Below are positions 1 through 11,400 of a stretch of 64,000 nt of DNA, in pieces (positions within the stretch are counted from its first letter, which is position 1; each line of letters opens with the position of its first letter). Origin of the DNA: Balanoglossus misakiensis (taxonomy: Eukaryota > Animalia > Hemichordata). The notes under the pieces were generated by a model that did no database searches, was not told the origin of the DNA, and worked only from the letters and a program-made list of their open reading frames with translations. The position numbers and the translations under genes were made by a program. Location: assembly GCA_040954595.2 (NCBI GenBank), contig CM082594.2, positions 8,129,573 to 8,193,572 of the forward strand. Direction: 5' to 3'.

Positions 1-3000
1 CTGGATTATACAGGACAGAGCAACGGCACTGACTTCGGTGTCCACCCACCAAATAAAGAAAGCCCCAACACCACACATAATGGTGAAGGTTGCTGCAGAA
101 AAAACATCAAAAGTACATATCAACTATTTATAGTAAGTCTGTGCATGTACTATGTAAATAAATCCAACATACAACCAGACAGACATACAGACAGACAGAT
201 AGATAACATTGGTTGGAAACTTGAATGAACTCTGTCTTACCGTATATACTGGTTGCTCCTATCTTGTCTATGACCAATGCAGTTACAATACAACCGGGCA
301 ATCCGCACAGAGAACTTATAAAACTCTCGAAATACACTGTATGCGGATTGTAATCAACACTGAAGTCTATTCGACATTTCTCCTCCAGGTTGTAAAATTG
401 GGTGTTCTCCAAGGTGCACTGGCGAAATTTAAAGTCGTAAAAATCGGTATAGTTGAATATGCAGTTCACTAGTGAAGATCTCTCGAAGTAGGTCTTGGTG
501 GTTGTGATGTCTTGGAATAGCGTTTCGCGGAAGGCGCAGTTCTCGAAGGTCACGTGACTCATGGTGGCCTGCGCAAAGGTGACGTCAGTGAAAGTGCAGT
601 TGTTGTAGTGTCTGTTCCGCAGGCGGCCGATGTAGGTCATGTCACTCAGGCTGCAATTCTCGACCGTCTCGATTGACGTCAGGTACTCCAAAGTTTCCAA
701 TCTCTTGATGTATTCTGGGAACCACAGCGTCAAGCCGTAGTAGCTTTAATCAAAGGCAAAATCCACATGATTAGCAATCACACAAGTGTCTTGGAACACG
801 CATGATGGTCTTCGCGCGAGAAAGTCAAATCTCACGATAACTGGCAGCACGTATGTCATATTCAGCAATTAATATACATTAAACATCATAATATGACTAA
901 TATTTTAAGAAAAGCTATCCGTCTTACCCGAATGAAGTACAAAACCAGCAAACAAGCAGAATAGAGGTGATCCCGACAAACGGCGGTTCCAACAGTTCGG
1001 TCAAGTTTCCCCAACCCTGTGGACAGACATACATGTAAATGATTAGCTTACACTGACGTTACGCGAGCTGAGCTAACCCGTACGTATATAGAAACTTGTA
1101 TCAGGATTGAGGCTCATTCATTTGTCTCATAAGTCTTACCTGTTTTATCTTGTAAAGAAATCGAACACAATTCTGTTTAGCCGTCGAATCCTCTTGGTCG
1201 ATATCAACAAACTGTTGTGGTCGAGTGGCTACCCTGATTTCAGTCACCTGAAAAATTGGAAAGAAAAACATGATTTTCATCAACATAATTAATTTCCCAT
1301 AATTCAATAAAAGAAATTATTAATATCACAATAAAATACCAGATCTCTTTGTCTGATTAGTATCAAATAACCACCAATCATATTGTCCTGTTTGACCACA
1401 ATGAATTCGTGGAACATTTCAGGGAAAATCGTTTTCTTATCACCTCTAAGAAAAAATAAAATTCAGATTACACTAACCGAGAAATCATCTTTTCCGCCAT
1501 GATTTATCTTATAAACCTTTCGCAAGATTTCCATAGCTTCATCGTGTCTTCCCACCTGGAATAAGGATATAAGAGAAAGCAATTACTGATCTACACTCCG
1601 ATTTCAGTATCCTGGAAACAAGTGTAGTATTATACGGTGACTTCAAGACTCACCTCCAGGAGAAAGCGCGGACTCTCTTCCATACATGACAGCATCGCTA
1701 TGGCAACCAGACAGGGTAATGATCCCAACAGGACAAAGACTCGCCAGCTATGAAAGGTAAATCCCGGCGACAGCATAAAGCTGATTTCTGCAAGGAAACG
1801 TAATGAGTTAAATGTTTTATTTTATATAGTATACCGGCTTGGTAGCAGACACATCGCATGTAATTGTACTGTGGTATTCTGGTGGCTTAATGGGCGTATA
1901 GATGGAAGGATTCAATGTCTCTGATAATAACGGTGTCGTCTGTACCTAACTGGTAATTTGCGAGAAATATTGTCACCTGTTCGTGGAATAATGCCCCATC
2001 CAATCAGAGAAACGTAGACGCCCCCACACGTCCATAGGAACAATAGCCAGGTGACATTAGCACCACGGTTGCGCTTAGCCACATTCTCGCTGTAGTATGC
2101 AAATGTGATTGGAATGGATCCGCCAATCCTAGAATGGAAAATAAAAAACACGTGAAAGAGAACGGAATTACACAATTATATCAACACTATAATCATTTTT
2201 CCTTCTCACGCGACGCTAATCGACGCAATGTCCATTACAAGAATCAACAAGTTAATTCATCGTGAACAGATGATAAGAAAACCGCTAGGGAGACAACGAT
2301 TATTTTAATCGGAATATTATGTTTGGCATTTAGAAAATATTTTTCGAAATTAGGAGTCTGGTGAAATGATCAACATGAAAAAGTCACGACATTGAAAAGG
2401 GCTTACCCGACACCGCATGCCAGCCGACAGAACAAAAAGAGTCCGTAGTTTTGGACGAAGGCGGAGATGATGGCGAAAAGTGCATTTACACTGAGGGCCG
2501 TCAGCAGACACTTTTTGCGCCCTTTTTTGTCGGACAGGACTCCCCAGAGCAGTGCACCAATCAACATGCCCACAAACACGATCCCACCTGTAGTAGAGAA
2601 ACAAAACACGAAATCAGTAAACATAAACGTACTGAAGGAAATACACGCAAATACTAGCAATGTTCAATTTTACTTTGTCATCAAAAGAACCCGGGATATC
2701 TTGGTAACAACATTGCAGAATTTACATGAATCAGATGGTACAAAGATCGTTTATTTTAATATTGCTCAGGTATATGTCTTATATATATAACCCTAACCGA
2801 ATGATTTTTCGTGTGCTTAAACGAAAACGCTTATTTGTGCTCAAGCTGAATTGTTATTTTACACGCATACATTATTTTCTATTTACAGCAGGACAGTCAG
2901 CATTCAGTTGCCATCGATATCAAAAAGATGTGTCGTCATGTGACATGGGTTTGAAGAAATGTGGTATTATATTTTCCGGAGGGAGTTATAAATCATCCTG

Positions 3001-5294
3001 TGCTGTGAATGGAAGATATGCGATAAATGACACCGTTCTCCTTCTTTCAAACTCGGAGGAAATCTAAAATTACCTTTAGAATGAGATAGAGAGAGTTGCT
3101 ATGGCAACACCTTCGCGAAGACGGTAATCGGGAATTGGACATTTCGCTAGAGGCCCACAAAGGATATTTTTGAATCAATCGCAGATTTTTACTTTGTCAA
3201 GAAGCCCCTTAACATTCCAATGTCGTATTTCTAGATAGCGTTGAAAATGCAAAAATCTGAATTGGGATGTGAGAGGCGAGACACGATTCTCTGTGTCTGG
3301 GGAATTAAAATTGTAATTTTATGACCTAGTAGGGAGATTGGAATCTCTGAAACACGTTAGAAGAGACAAAGCGACTTTGGTGGACATCTGGGACCACGTG
3401 CGCCATCATTAATTATGCATGGTCAGCGCGTTAATCGTCCTGGAACCTGTGGTAATCACACGACTTCAAGCTAAAGAGAGTCACGTGGTATAGACACCCT
3501 CTCATAAATCGGGTTAACAGCAGATAACAGTGTAGTTTCACCGCTTTTCTCATTTAAGCAATTTCGCTCCCGGCTTTTCTTTTCGATATTATCAAGCCTA
3601 TTCTATCGCATTGTGTCGTATCACCTCACGTCACATCATATTTCTTTAGCAGAGCATCACACCACACCATATCAGGGAAGAGACTTGCAAATAAAAAACC
3701 CCGTGGCTGTGACAGTTTTTGACTGTTTGAATGCAACAACTGAGTTTGTCATGAGAACAATGTAATCCTAGCGGATTATACTTAAGGCACCGACTCGTCT
3801 ATGTCAGAATATTATCTTGCCAACTCAATGTCCTCCCTGTAATTAAAAATTTCAAAGGGCCTTGACAAATCGAAAATAACTTAATTTATGAATTTTATAA
3901 TTTATTAATATTGGTGGAATCAGCTGTAAACAGCGAAATTTATTTTTGGAGATCACGTGACGAACGGATAATTACTGACTGGACAATAGCCATGCATGCT
4001 TCTGGGAGTATCGCGATTGCAAATGGAACATTTCCTTGCGATCGGAGAATATTTAATGTGTAAGGCTTTATAATACAACAATGCCAGTATTGAATAGAGG
4101 GATTTTAAAAAATCGTCTCCAGGGAAAATGTTTTGTGATTCTCGCAGCTAAGATTGATGTACTATGTATGACAGTATTAATAACATTGGTTAAATTGCTT
4201 TTCAATCATTTAAAAATTGACCTCATTCTTTTGTTATCAAATGTTCGCGGGAATTACAGAGAATCGCTTACTGAAATGTCAATGCCCTAGAAGCCAAAAA
4301 CACCAGTTAATTAAATATGTTAGATTTTCTGACGTCTCGAAATTTTACGATTTGTATTAAATGCTGTACGTGTTTGACAATATTCCAGTCGAAAAACGCC
4401 TCAATATACCCGAATATGCAGGACGGGGTACACGTTGATAACTCTTATTAATTATGCATAATTTAAAAATGTATGTGGAAAATTAAGCCGCATGCATGGA
4501 TTTATGCGGCGCGACATCGGATTAGTTTGGGATTATGAATACCTGGATGACATGACACAGCAACTCGAGGAAATTTATGAACTCTTCCGAACGTATATAT
4601 TCTGACGTCTAAGCCGTCAAAAGTGTCGTATCTGACATGACGGAGACATTAAGGCCTGCATGATTACGCGTGATCGTGCAGTGCAATGAAGATGGGTTTG
4701 CGCGTGGAGAATATTAATAAATGAACATTTACAAATCGATGGCATGTTAATACTTATAAATGCAAGCGTGTTCTGTTGTCGGGCCCTCAGTTTGTATATT
4801 GGACTGATCTGTAATGGGTTTAATTTTACATCACAAGTATATATGAGACATACGAGGTTGATGCACCATCGATCAGAATGCAAAATAATAACTGTAAAAT
4901 ATGAATGCAGAATATAAGTAGTCTCACCTAGCCATCCCTTCTGTCTGTCGTTGAGACATAAATCCCGTTCGGCGCTTGGTATTATAAAGCCGACGATGAA
5001 TATCTCAGCCCCGTCTGCCATCAGTCCGAACCCGATTGCAAAATACAGAGCGATTTGGTACTTGCCAAAACCGACTTCATCAATGGCTTTCTCGTAGGCT
5101 TCAGCGAGAGCCAGATCGCCGCCCACATCTTGAATGTTCAGTTTTTCCTGAGACGCGAACGGCTCCCCGCGTTCCCCGCCGTCGTCCACATCGGGACTGG
5201 CCGGGAATTCCGGCCCTTCCTCCGTGGAATAGGTTTTCACAGGACGGTCGCGATTCTCGATCAGCTGCATATCCTCCGCAGTGCTCTCCGCCAT
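1..5294 (-). CDS. SV2: Synaptic vesicle glycoprotein 2-like MFS transporter, 3' end beyond window. Exons: 5294-4928, 2587-2407, 2128-1977, 1787-1654, 1555-1478, 1247-1140, 1016-928, 743-241, 92-<1
   Basis: GT-AG exons join in frame. SV2-type motifs: YEKAIDEVGFGKYQ...GLMADGAEIFIVGFIIPSAERDLCL, MFS motif LSDKKGRKKCL, GGSIPITFAYYSE, ESPRFLLE, YYGLTLWFPEY, followed by the Phe-rich pentapeptide-repeat luminal domain (CTFTDVTFAQATMSHVTFENCAF). Confidence 0.9.
3095..3108. promoter_or_regulatory. RFX X-box (GTTGCTATGGCAAC) in the first coding intron of SV2
   Basis: Match to the consensus GTNRCC/TATGGYAAC; function not shown. Confidence 0.45.
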
Positions 5295-6313
5295 CTTGAT
5301 GCAGCAAGTCTCGGTGTGTTTAACCTTTTCGATAGAATGAAGTCCCAGGTTTTTTTTTACCTGAGGTGAATCAAACTAGGATCCTCGACGCTGAGGGAGC
5401 TGGCGAACAAGACTCAACCGAAGAAACACTTGCATTTCGACTGTCTTCTTTCGCACCGAATTAGGCTAAACACCCAGTCGCAGGTTTTATAGATTTCGTG
5501 TACAGATGATAAGATGATAATCATATGAAACTGAGTGGGAAGGTGTTCCAGTCGTTTTACGCTATTATAAGCTAATTATCTTCACATCAATTAACATACT
5601 CGCAAAAGGATGGAGGTCACCCTTCACATCGATCACCTGTTACCTTGCTCTGATTCCGATATATCATAGATAATAGAGCTATCGATATATCAACTTTCTA
5701 TCTCCATGGAAACAGTGATTTGTACAAACAAAATTATTCATGACTCACTGGGCATTTCTGGACAGATTCCAGAATGATACCCAAAATATTACCGTAAAGC
5801 ACAAATGATATCCAGTGTAGAAGCTGCAATGAAATCGGCAACTTCTGTCAGAGAATTGCGTGTCACTAATATGGTCCACACAGCTACAGGTGCTGTGCAG
5901 AGCAGGTCAACAACACTTGACCCAACTATACCAGATGGCCACCACCATCTCGTGCATATTCATGTCCTAAAAATAACGCTCACAAAGACGATGAAACCAA
6001 CTTACCAACGAACAAGGCAAAACTTCAGACTTTGCTCCCGCCTTCGTCTTGCACGTGTAGGCCTACTGGTGTTACGCTCACGGTCAAGTTTTGCCATTCC
6101 ATCCATTTAAGTCCGAACCTGCGTATTCATTACGCCAATATCGTCTGCAAGGATCGTCATTTGAGAAAATAGAACGTTAACCCATCTTCGCCTTGGTACC
6201 TTCTCTGTGACCGGGCAAGAACCTCGAGACGAACGCCACGCACGTGGCAAAACGTCACGCACACGTAAATTAGTTCTCTGTAACGATGAGGGCGCTGTTC
6301 AAATGGCTGTTCG

Positions 6314-6402
6314 AGCCTCGGTTACCCAGACTCCTTCGCGCGGGCTATCGCCATTGAAGCTTTGGCGATAGCCCGCGCGAAGGAGTCTGGGAAACCGAGA
6401 CT
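6314..6402. mobile_element. Palindromic MITE-like element / long hairpin
   Basis: CTCGGTTACCCAGACTCCTTCGCGCGGGCTATCGCCA-ttgaagctt-TGGCGATAGCCCGCGCGAAGGAGTCTGGGAAACCGAG: 37-bp stem with one mismatch and a 9-nt loop, GC-rich in AT-rich flanks. Confidence 0.7.
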
Positions 6403-6564
6403 ACATTTGCCTGATGTTTTCTACATCGACAGATCGGTACAGAATTATGAATATTTTTGTTACACACTCATAAAAACACCAACACGTACACATCTGCTCA
6501 GACAGGGATATATCCGATCTGAAATTAGATAAACTTCACACCAATATCTTCTGTATTTTTATAC

Positions 6565-6570
6565 TTTATT
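6565..6570 (-). other. Candidate polyadenylation signal (AATAAA) for CEP152, implying a ~1.9 kb 3' UTR
   Basis: TTTATT on + strand at the distal end of the AT-rich tract following the CEP152 stop at 8486. Confidence 0.35.
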
Positions 6571-8485
6571 TTTCACCATTTGTCAAAAAAAATAATCAAA
6601 CTGTTTGCATAGATTCTTTAAATATACTGATTTCATCAATAATTCATGGAGGAAAAAACAAGAAATCTAGTGTATATAATATTAATATAGCTGCCATCTT
6701 TTGAAACTGAGATGACTAAGTATTAAATTCATCCACCACCCTTACACACAAGTCAATTGTATACCAGTGATGACTTAGAAATGAAAACAAATAAAGACAG
6801 CTCTGTAAAAACTAGCTGAAAATCAAACAGGCAAATGTACAGAGGTGATGCCTAATTACATAAGGGTACACTTACAATAATTAGTAAATACACAGTACAA
6901 CTACCTGTCATCTCAACCAGTCTGAAAAGTTTCAATGTTCCCCCTTTCCATGCTGTCTTGGATTTCATTCAATAAATATTTTTTTTCTTTCACATACATC
7001 ACGACTGTCACAAACAGATGTACACAATGTCTTCAATTGAACCATACATTCAGTAAATAATACAAAATCTATTCTAAGATGAAATTGAAAGTACAGATAC
7101 ATGCTTTTGAAAGTCTATATTTTGAAATACATGCATTGATTGGAATCATAGAAAACTACTGAAAACCATTGACAGGATTAACAAGTGTGAAATACAATGC
7201 TACAAAACTATGAAATGTGACAGAATTGTACAAAACAATGAAATTTGATTAGGGATTTGCAGAAACTACTTTATATGAAGTTTCGCAATACAAAAGAGAT
7301 TTTTGATTTGATCCATTAAAATACAGTAACATAATTATGTTCATTTTTTTCTTCAGGCTTGGAATCATAAATCACAAACTTTTTGATTGAAACGTTGCTT
7401 TTTATAAAGCAGCAATAGTAATTCAGATAAACATTACAATGCTAGCTGATGAAAGTAAACTTACTATCACAACTTCAACTGGAGCTTCATCAACAAACAA
7501 ATGCCCATTCATATATTTGAAATATGTTGCTTTGTTAAAATGCTTCTGGGTGTACAAAGAAAATGAAACATGTATACTGTTATCGCACAGCAATCTGAAA
7601 TCATATACAGATACAAGTAATCTGAGATAATGATGTTGAAAGATGACAGTACAGTCTTGTTCAATACTGACACTTAAGAGGACAGAACACACTGGCCTTG
7701 TTGACACTATCAGACACTTCAAAACAACAACACTGCCATAGGTTGTATACAAAATTGAGTGAATATTTACAAACAGGCAACTTTGCTCAACTATTTCTAC
7801 ATCTTAGGTTCAGTATGAATATGCTATAACATTTTGCCTTTTCAGAGAGAGACAGAGAGAACAAACACCTGAGTTAGTATCTTTGGTTTCAGGAACATCA
7901 AAGAAAAACAGTTTTAGTCCAAGGATTAAACTACACATTGTTGGGTCTTGAGTGATCTGATCTTCTCAAACCATTTACACCATGCATTCGGATGTTGCAG
8001 GTAGCAATTAATTCTATCAGTCTATGACAGGAAAACTGTTCAAATATTTCTCAAAAGTGAAGATTTTTATATTTACAACAGGAAAGAGTGGCAAATAAAT
8101 ACTGTTAGGGTTTTTGACATTTTAGAACAGTTCAATATAAAGTGGATGGATTCCAGTTTGCAAATTCAGAATACTGGCTATCATCACATTCAAAAATAGT
8201 TCACTAGTCTGCAGCGAGTCATGATTGGGTTTTAATTAATTGATAAAACAGAAATTCAAAACAGGATTAATACTGGCATCAAGAAAGAAAATTTTAAAGG
8301 TTTTTGATTCAACAAATTGTTAGTGAAAGCTTTTCTTTGGAATTTCATTTCAGGTTATGACATAGTAGCTTCACAAATCATGATTCACTTTCTGTACATT
8401 GGTATTCATTTTATTTGGGTGTGTTTGATCAACTGAGTAAACTAAAATTTCAGATACATACATATATAACCCTGGCAGTATTAGT

Positions 8486-11400
8486 CTAATGTGTTTTACT
8501 GGACCTGACAGGTTGGAAAGAATGTTTGCCACTGTTTGCAGTGTTGGAATCACTCTGCTTAGTATGTGTGCTGATCTGTGGTCGTGATGGCAGAGTTTGA
8601 ATTCCGCTTCTCGGGGTCTGTCCACTAGGAGAGATTCTAGTTGCCGGAGTACTGTAGTTGGTGGATGCGTGGTGTCTCAAGGGTGGCCTTTCTGAAGACT
8701 GGGTTTCGTAAAACCTACTGCTCTGTTTGTCTTGGAGAACTTTGTAAGCTGTAGACTCTAAATTCACCGGTAATTCATTGTAAGTGTCCATGGAAACAAA
8801 GGAAAGGTTTGTTGGAGCTGGCGAGGGGGCCTGTGTCTCCCGGGTCATCATGGGTACGGGCTTTGGCATCTTGGGCGTCTCGGTGTACGTCATGTGATCG
8901 TCACATGATCTGTTGGTTGCGGTCAGTGTGTGCTTGGAGCTGTTGGATTGGCCGTCTGGTGGGCCGTTCTGCTCGCGGATTGGACGAATGAGGTAGCTTC
9001 TTTCTTCGGAGCTTGCTGGTGTGAGTTTGGTTGGTTGGTAGTGAGGCTGGGAGTTCCTGGTGGATAGAACTGGAGTGGCCATCTCGGAGGAGCTGTAGTA
9101 CTTTGTATCTCTGACGGTCATCGGAGAATTATTCCTGCTGTGTCGACCGGTTACGCCGTTGAGCGACGTCTCCCTGTTTCTACCGGTAGATCTTGCGCTG
9201 AAACTGGGGTTGGCATCACTGCTGCTGGACCTGGTCTGAGTGGAGAGCCGATCTCGACTTCTGCTCGATCTGTACGCGTCCACGGGAGAACCAGGCCTGC
9301 TTCGAGACCTGGTCGGGTGATCCAGTGACGCCTGCGAAGAGCTTCTCGATCGCAGAGTGATGTTCCCGGAAGTGGTATTGAGGGAAGTGTCTCTCAGGGA
9401 GGAATCTTTGGAGTCCGGCGTCAGTTTCTCCGGGACCGGGTTAAACTCCCTGGGCTCTTGAGGAAGGCTCATCACCTGGTCGTATCTAGACGGACGATAC
9501 TGGCTATCCATCGTTTGTAGGGGAGTCTCAGTCAAAGAGACGTTTCCTGTGACCGGATCCACTTTGTACTTCTGCAGCAAGGATGAGACGCTGTTGTCTT
9601 TGGACATGTCGTAGGGCCTATTCACTGGCTTGTCTGTCACATAGAGTTTGGGTTTAGTCAGAGGCGAGTACTGAATGTTTTCTTTGTTGGAATGGTAGTC
9701 CATTGTTTGGCTTTTGTCTGTGGGTTCGAAGGCGTTGTTGGAAGGAATGTACTTCCCTGGGAAGGAGTCAGAATTCCTGATGTACGAAGACAGAGGAGTT
9801 TCGTAGCTGTTGACAGACTTCAAAGCGCTGCTGCCGGTGTTGTTGCTGCTGCTGCGTCTCTCTTCAGAGTGCGGCGTCAGATATCGGTCTGAACTGCTGG
9901 TTTTCTTCACGTCCGACTTCTCAAACTCGTCCGATAAGTTCCTCCTCCTCATAATCGGCGGCTTGCCGCTTGGGTTTTCGCCGTTCTTGGACGAGCCGGT
10001 GGAATTCTGCGACTTGCTGCTTGCGTTGCTGTTCCCTGTCCGGGCACCGCTGCTGCTGTTGCTGCTGCTGCGACCGGTACTGCTTCTATTCTTGCTTCCC
10101 TGTTTCTTCTTCTCCAAAACACATTCTGGAGTCACTTCGAGTGCTTTAGCCATCATGGCCAGTTTCTGCGATGCACTCACATTGTCAAAGTCCCTGTAAC
10201 AAACACAGAGAGCAATTAGGCTAAGCGCATTTTTTCACAGGATTGTGAATCTTGTGGAAACAGATCTGTAATATTGAGTACCAAAAATATTAACAGTATT
10301 CATATTCTACACAAAATTGATTGCAGACGTGTTCAGATAAAGACATCTTTATATTATGGTACATGTAGTCTAGAAGTGTACACTGTTGGGACAAAAACTA
10401 TGAATTAAAAACTTACTTGTCTGCATCTCCGTTCTTCTCTTCTTCAAGCAACTGGTGAAGACATTGGAGATAATACTTCCTGAGTTTCTTGGCAGTGCAA
10501 TGTCTCTCCTTGACCACTTCTGAGCGGACGGTTTCCGCACACCTATCACGACTTTCATTGATGTAGAGGATTACATCGGCTGAAATCAAACGAGAAATAA
10601 AAATGTAAGGATTCAAATTCAGAGATCTTTCAGCACACTAATGAATTCTGCAGGACCGGGTCATATATTGATACAGGGATATGAAATGTCTGCTTGTAGG
10701 TGTATAACTCACTACAGATCAACTTACATCTAATTTTGTTAACAGCTGCTATGTAGTGTTCTCTCAGCTCCTGTAGACCATCGCCATGGATCTCAAGCAT
10801 ATCCTTGTGATCAGTCTACAAATACAAAAAATAAACAAACAACCACTTTAGAATACAACTTTTTACAACTACTGAGACGTCAATGCTCAATTTTTTGTTT
10901 GATGTTGATAATCTTGCATGTACATGTAGTTACAATAATTAATTCATAGCATCATTATTCCCTACCTGAGTTGACATATTGACAGAATGCCTGTCTCTCT
11001 CTTTCTCTTCCATTTTATCCACCAACTGTTTAGCTTTCAGCAGTTGCTGAGTCAAAGCATCCACAGTCTGCGTGTGGTTCCTCTCCTGCTCTGCCAGCTT
11101 GGCTTCCAACCTCCTCAGCGACGCCTTGTGTTCCTTGTCCAGTCTGTCTTGCAGCTGGCTCATCTCTTGTCTCAACTTCTCGTCGCAACTTTCCAGCTCT
11201 CTGTTGGCCTTCGCGAGTCTGCCTCTCAGCTCGCTCCTTTCTTTATCGTACGCTTCCACAGAGAACGACAGGGACTCTTCTGTGTTTAGTTTTTGCCTCA
11301 GCTCGTCAAGGTCACCTTGGAGTTGTTTCTCGACCTGTCTCAGCTCCTGTTCGGTTCCTTGCAACTGTTTCAACAGCTCCAGTCGTTCTTCTTGCCATTG

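Noticed and set aside
1555-1580. ATATCCTT on the - strand resembling an AT-AC U12 donor
   Set aside because: It lies in the pyrimidine tract of an ordinary GT-AG SV2 intron whose donor is GTGAGT.
5805-6110. 101-aa + strand ORF upstream of SV2
   Set aside because: No recognisable domain or splice structure; lies in a probable SV2 leader/promoter region.
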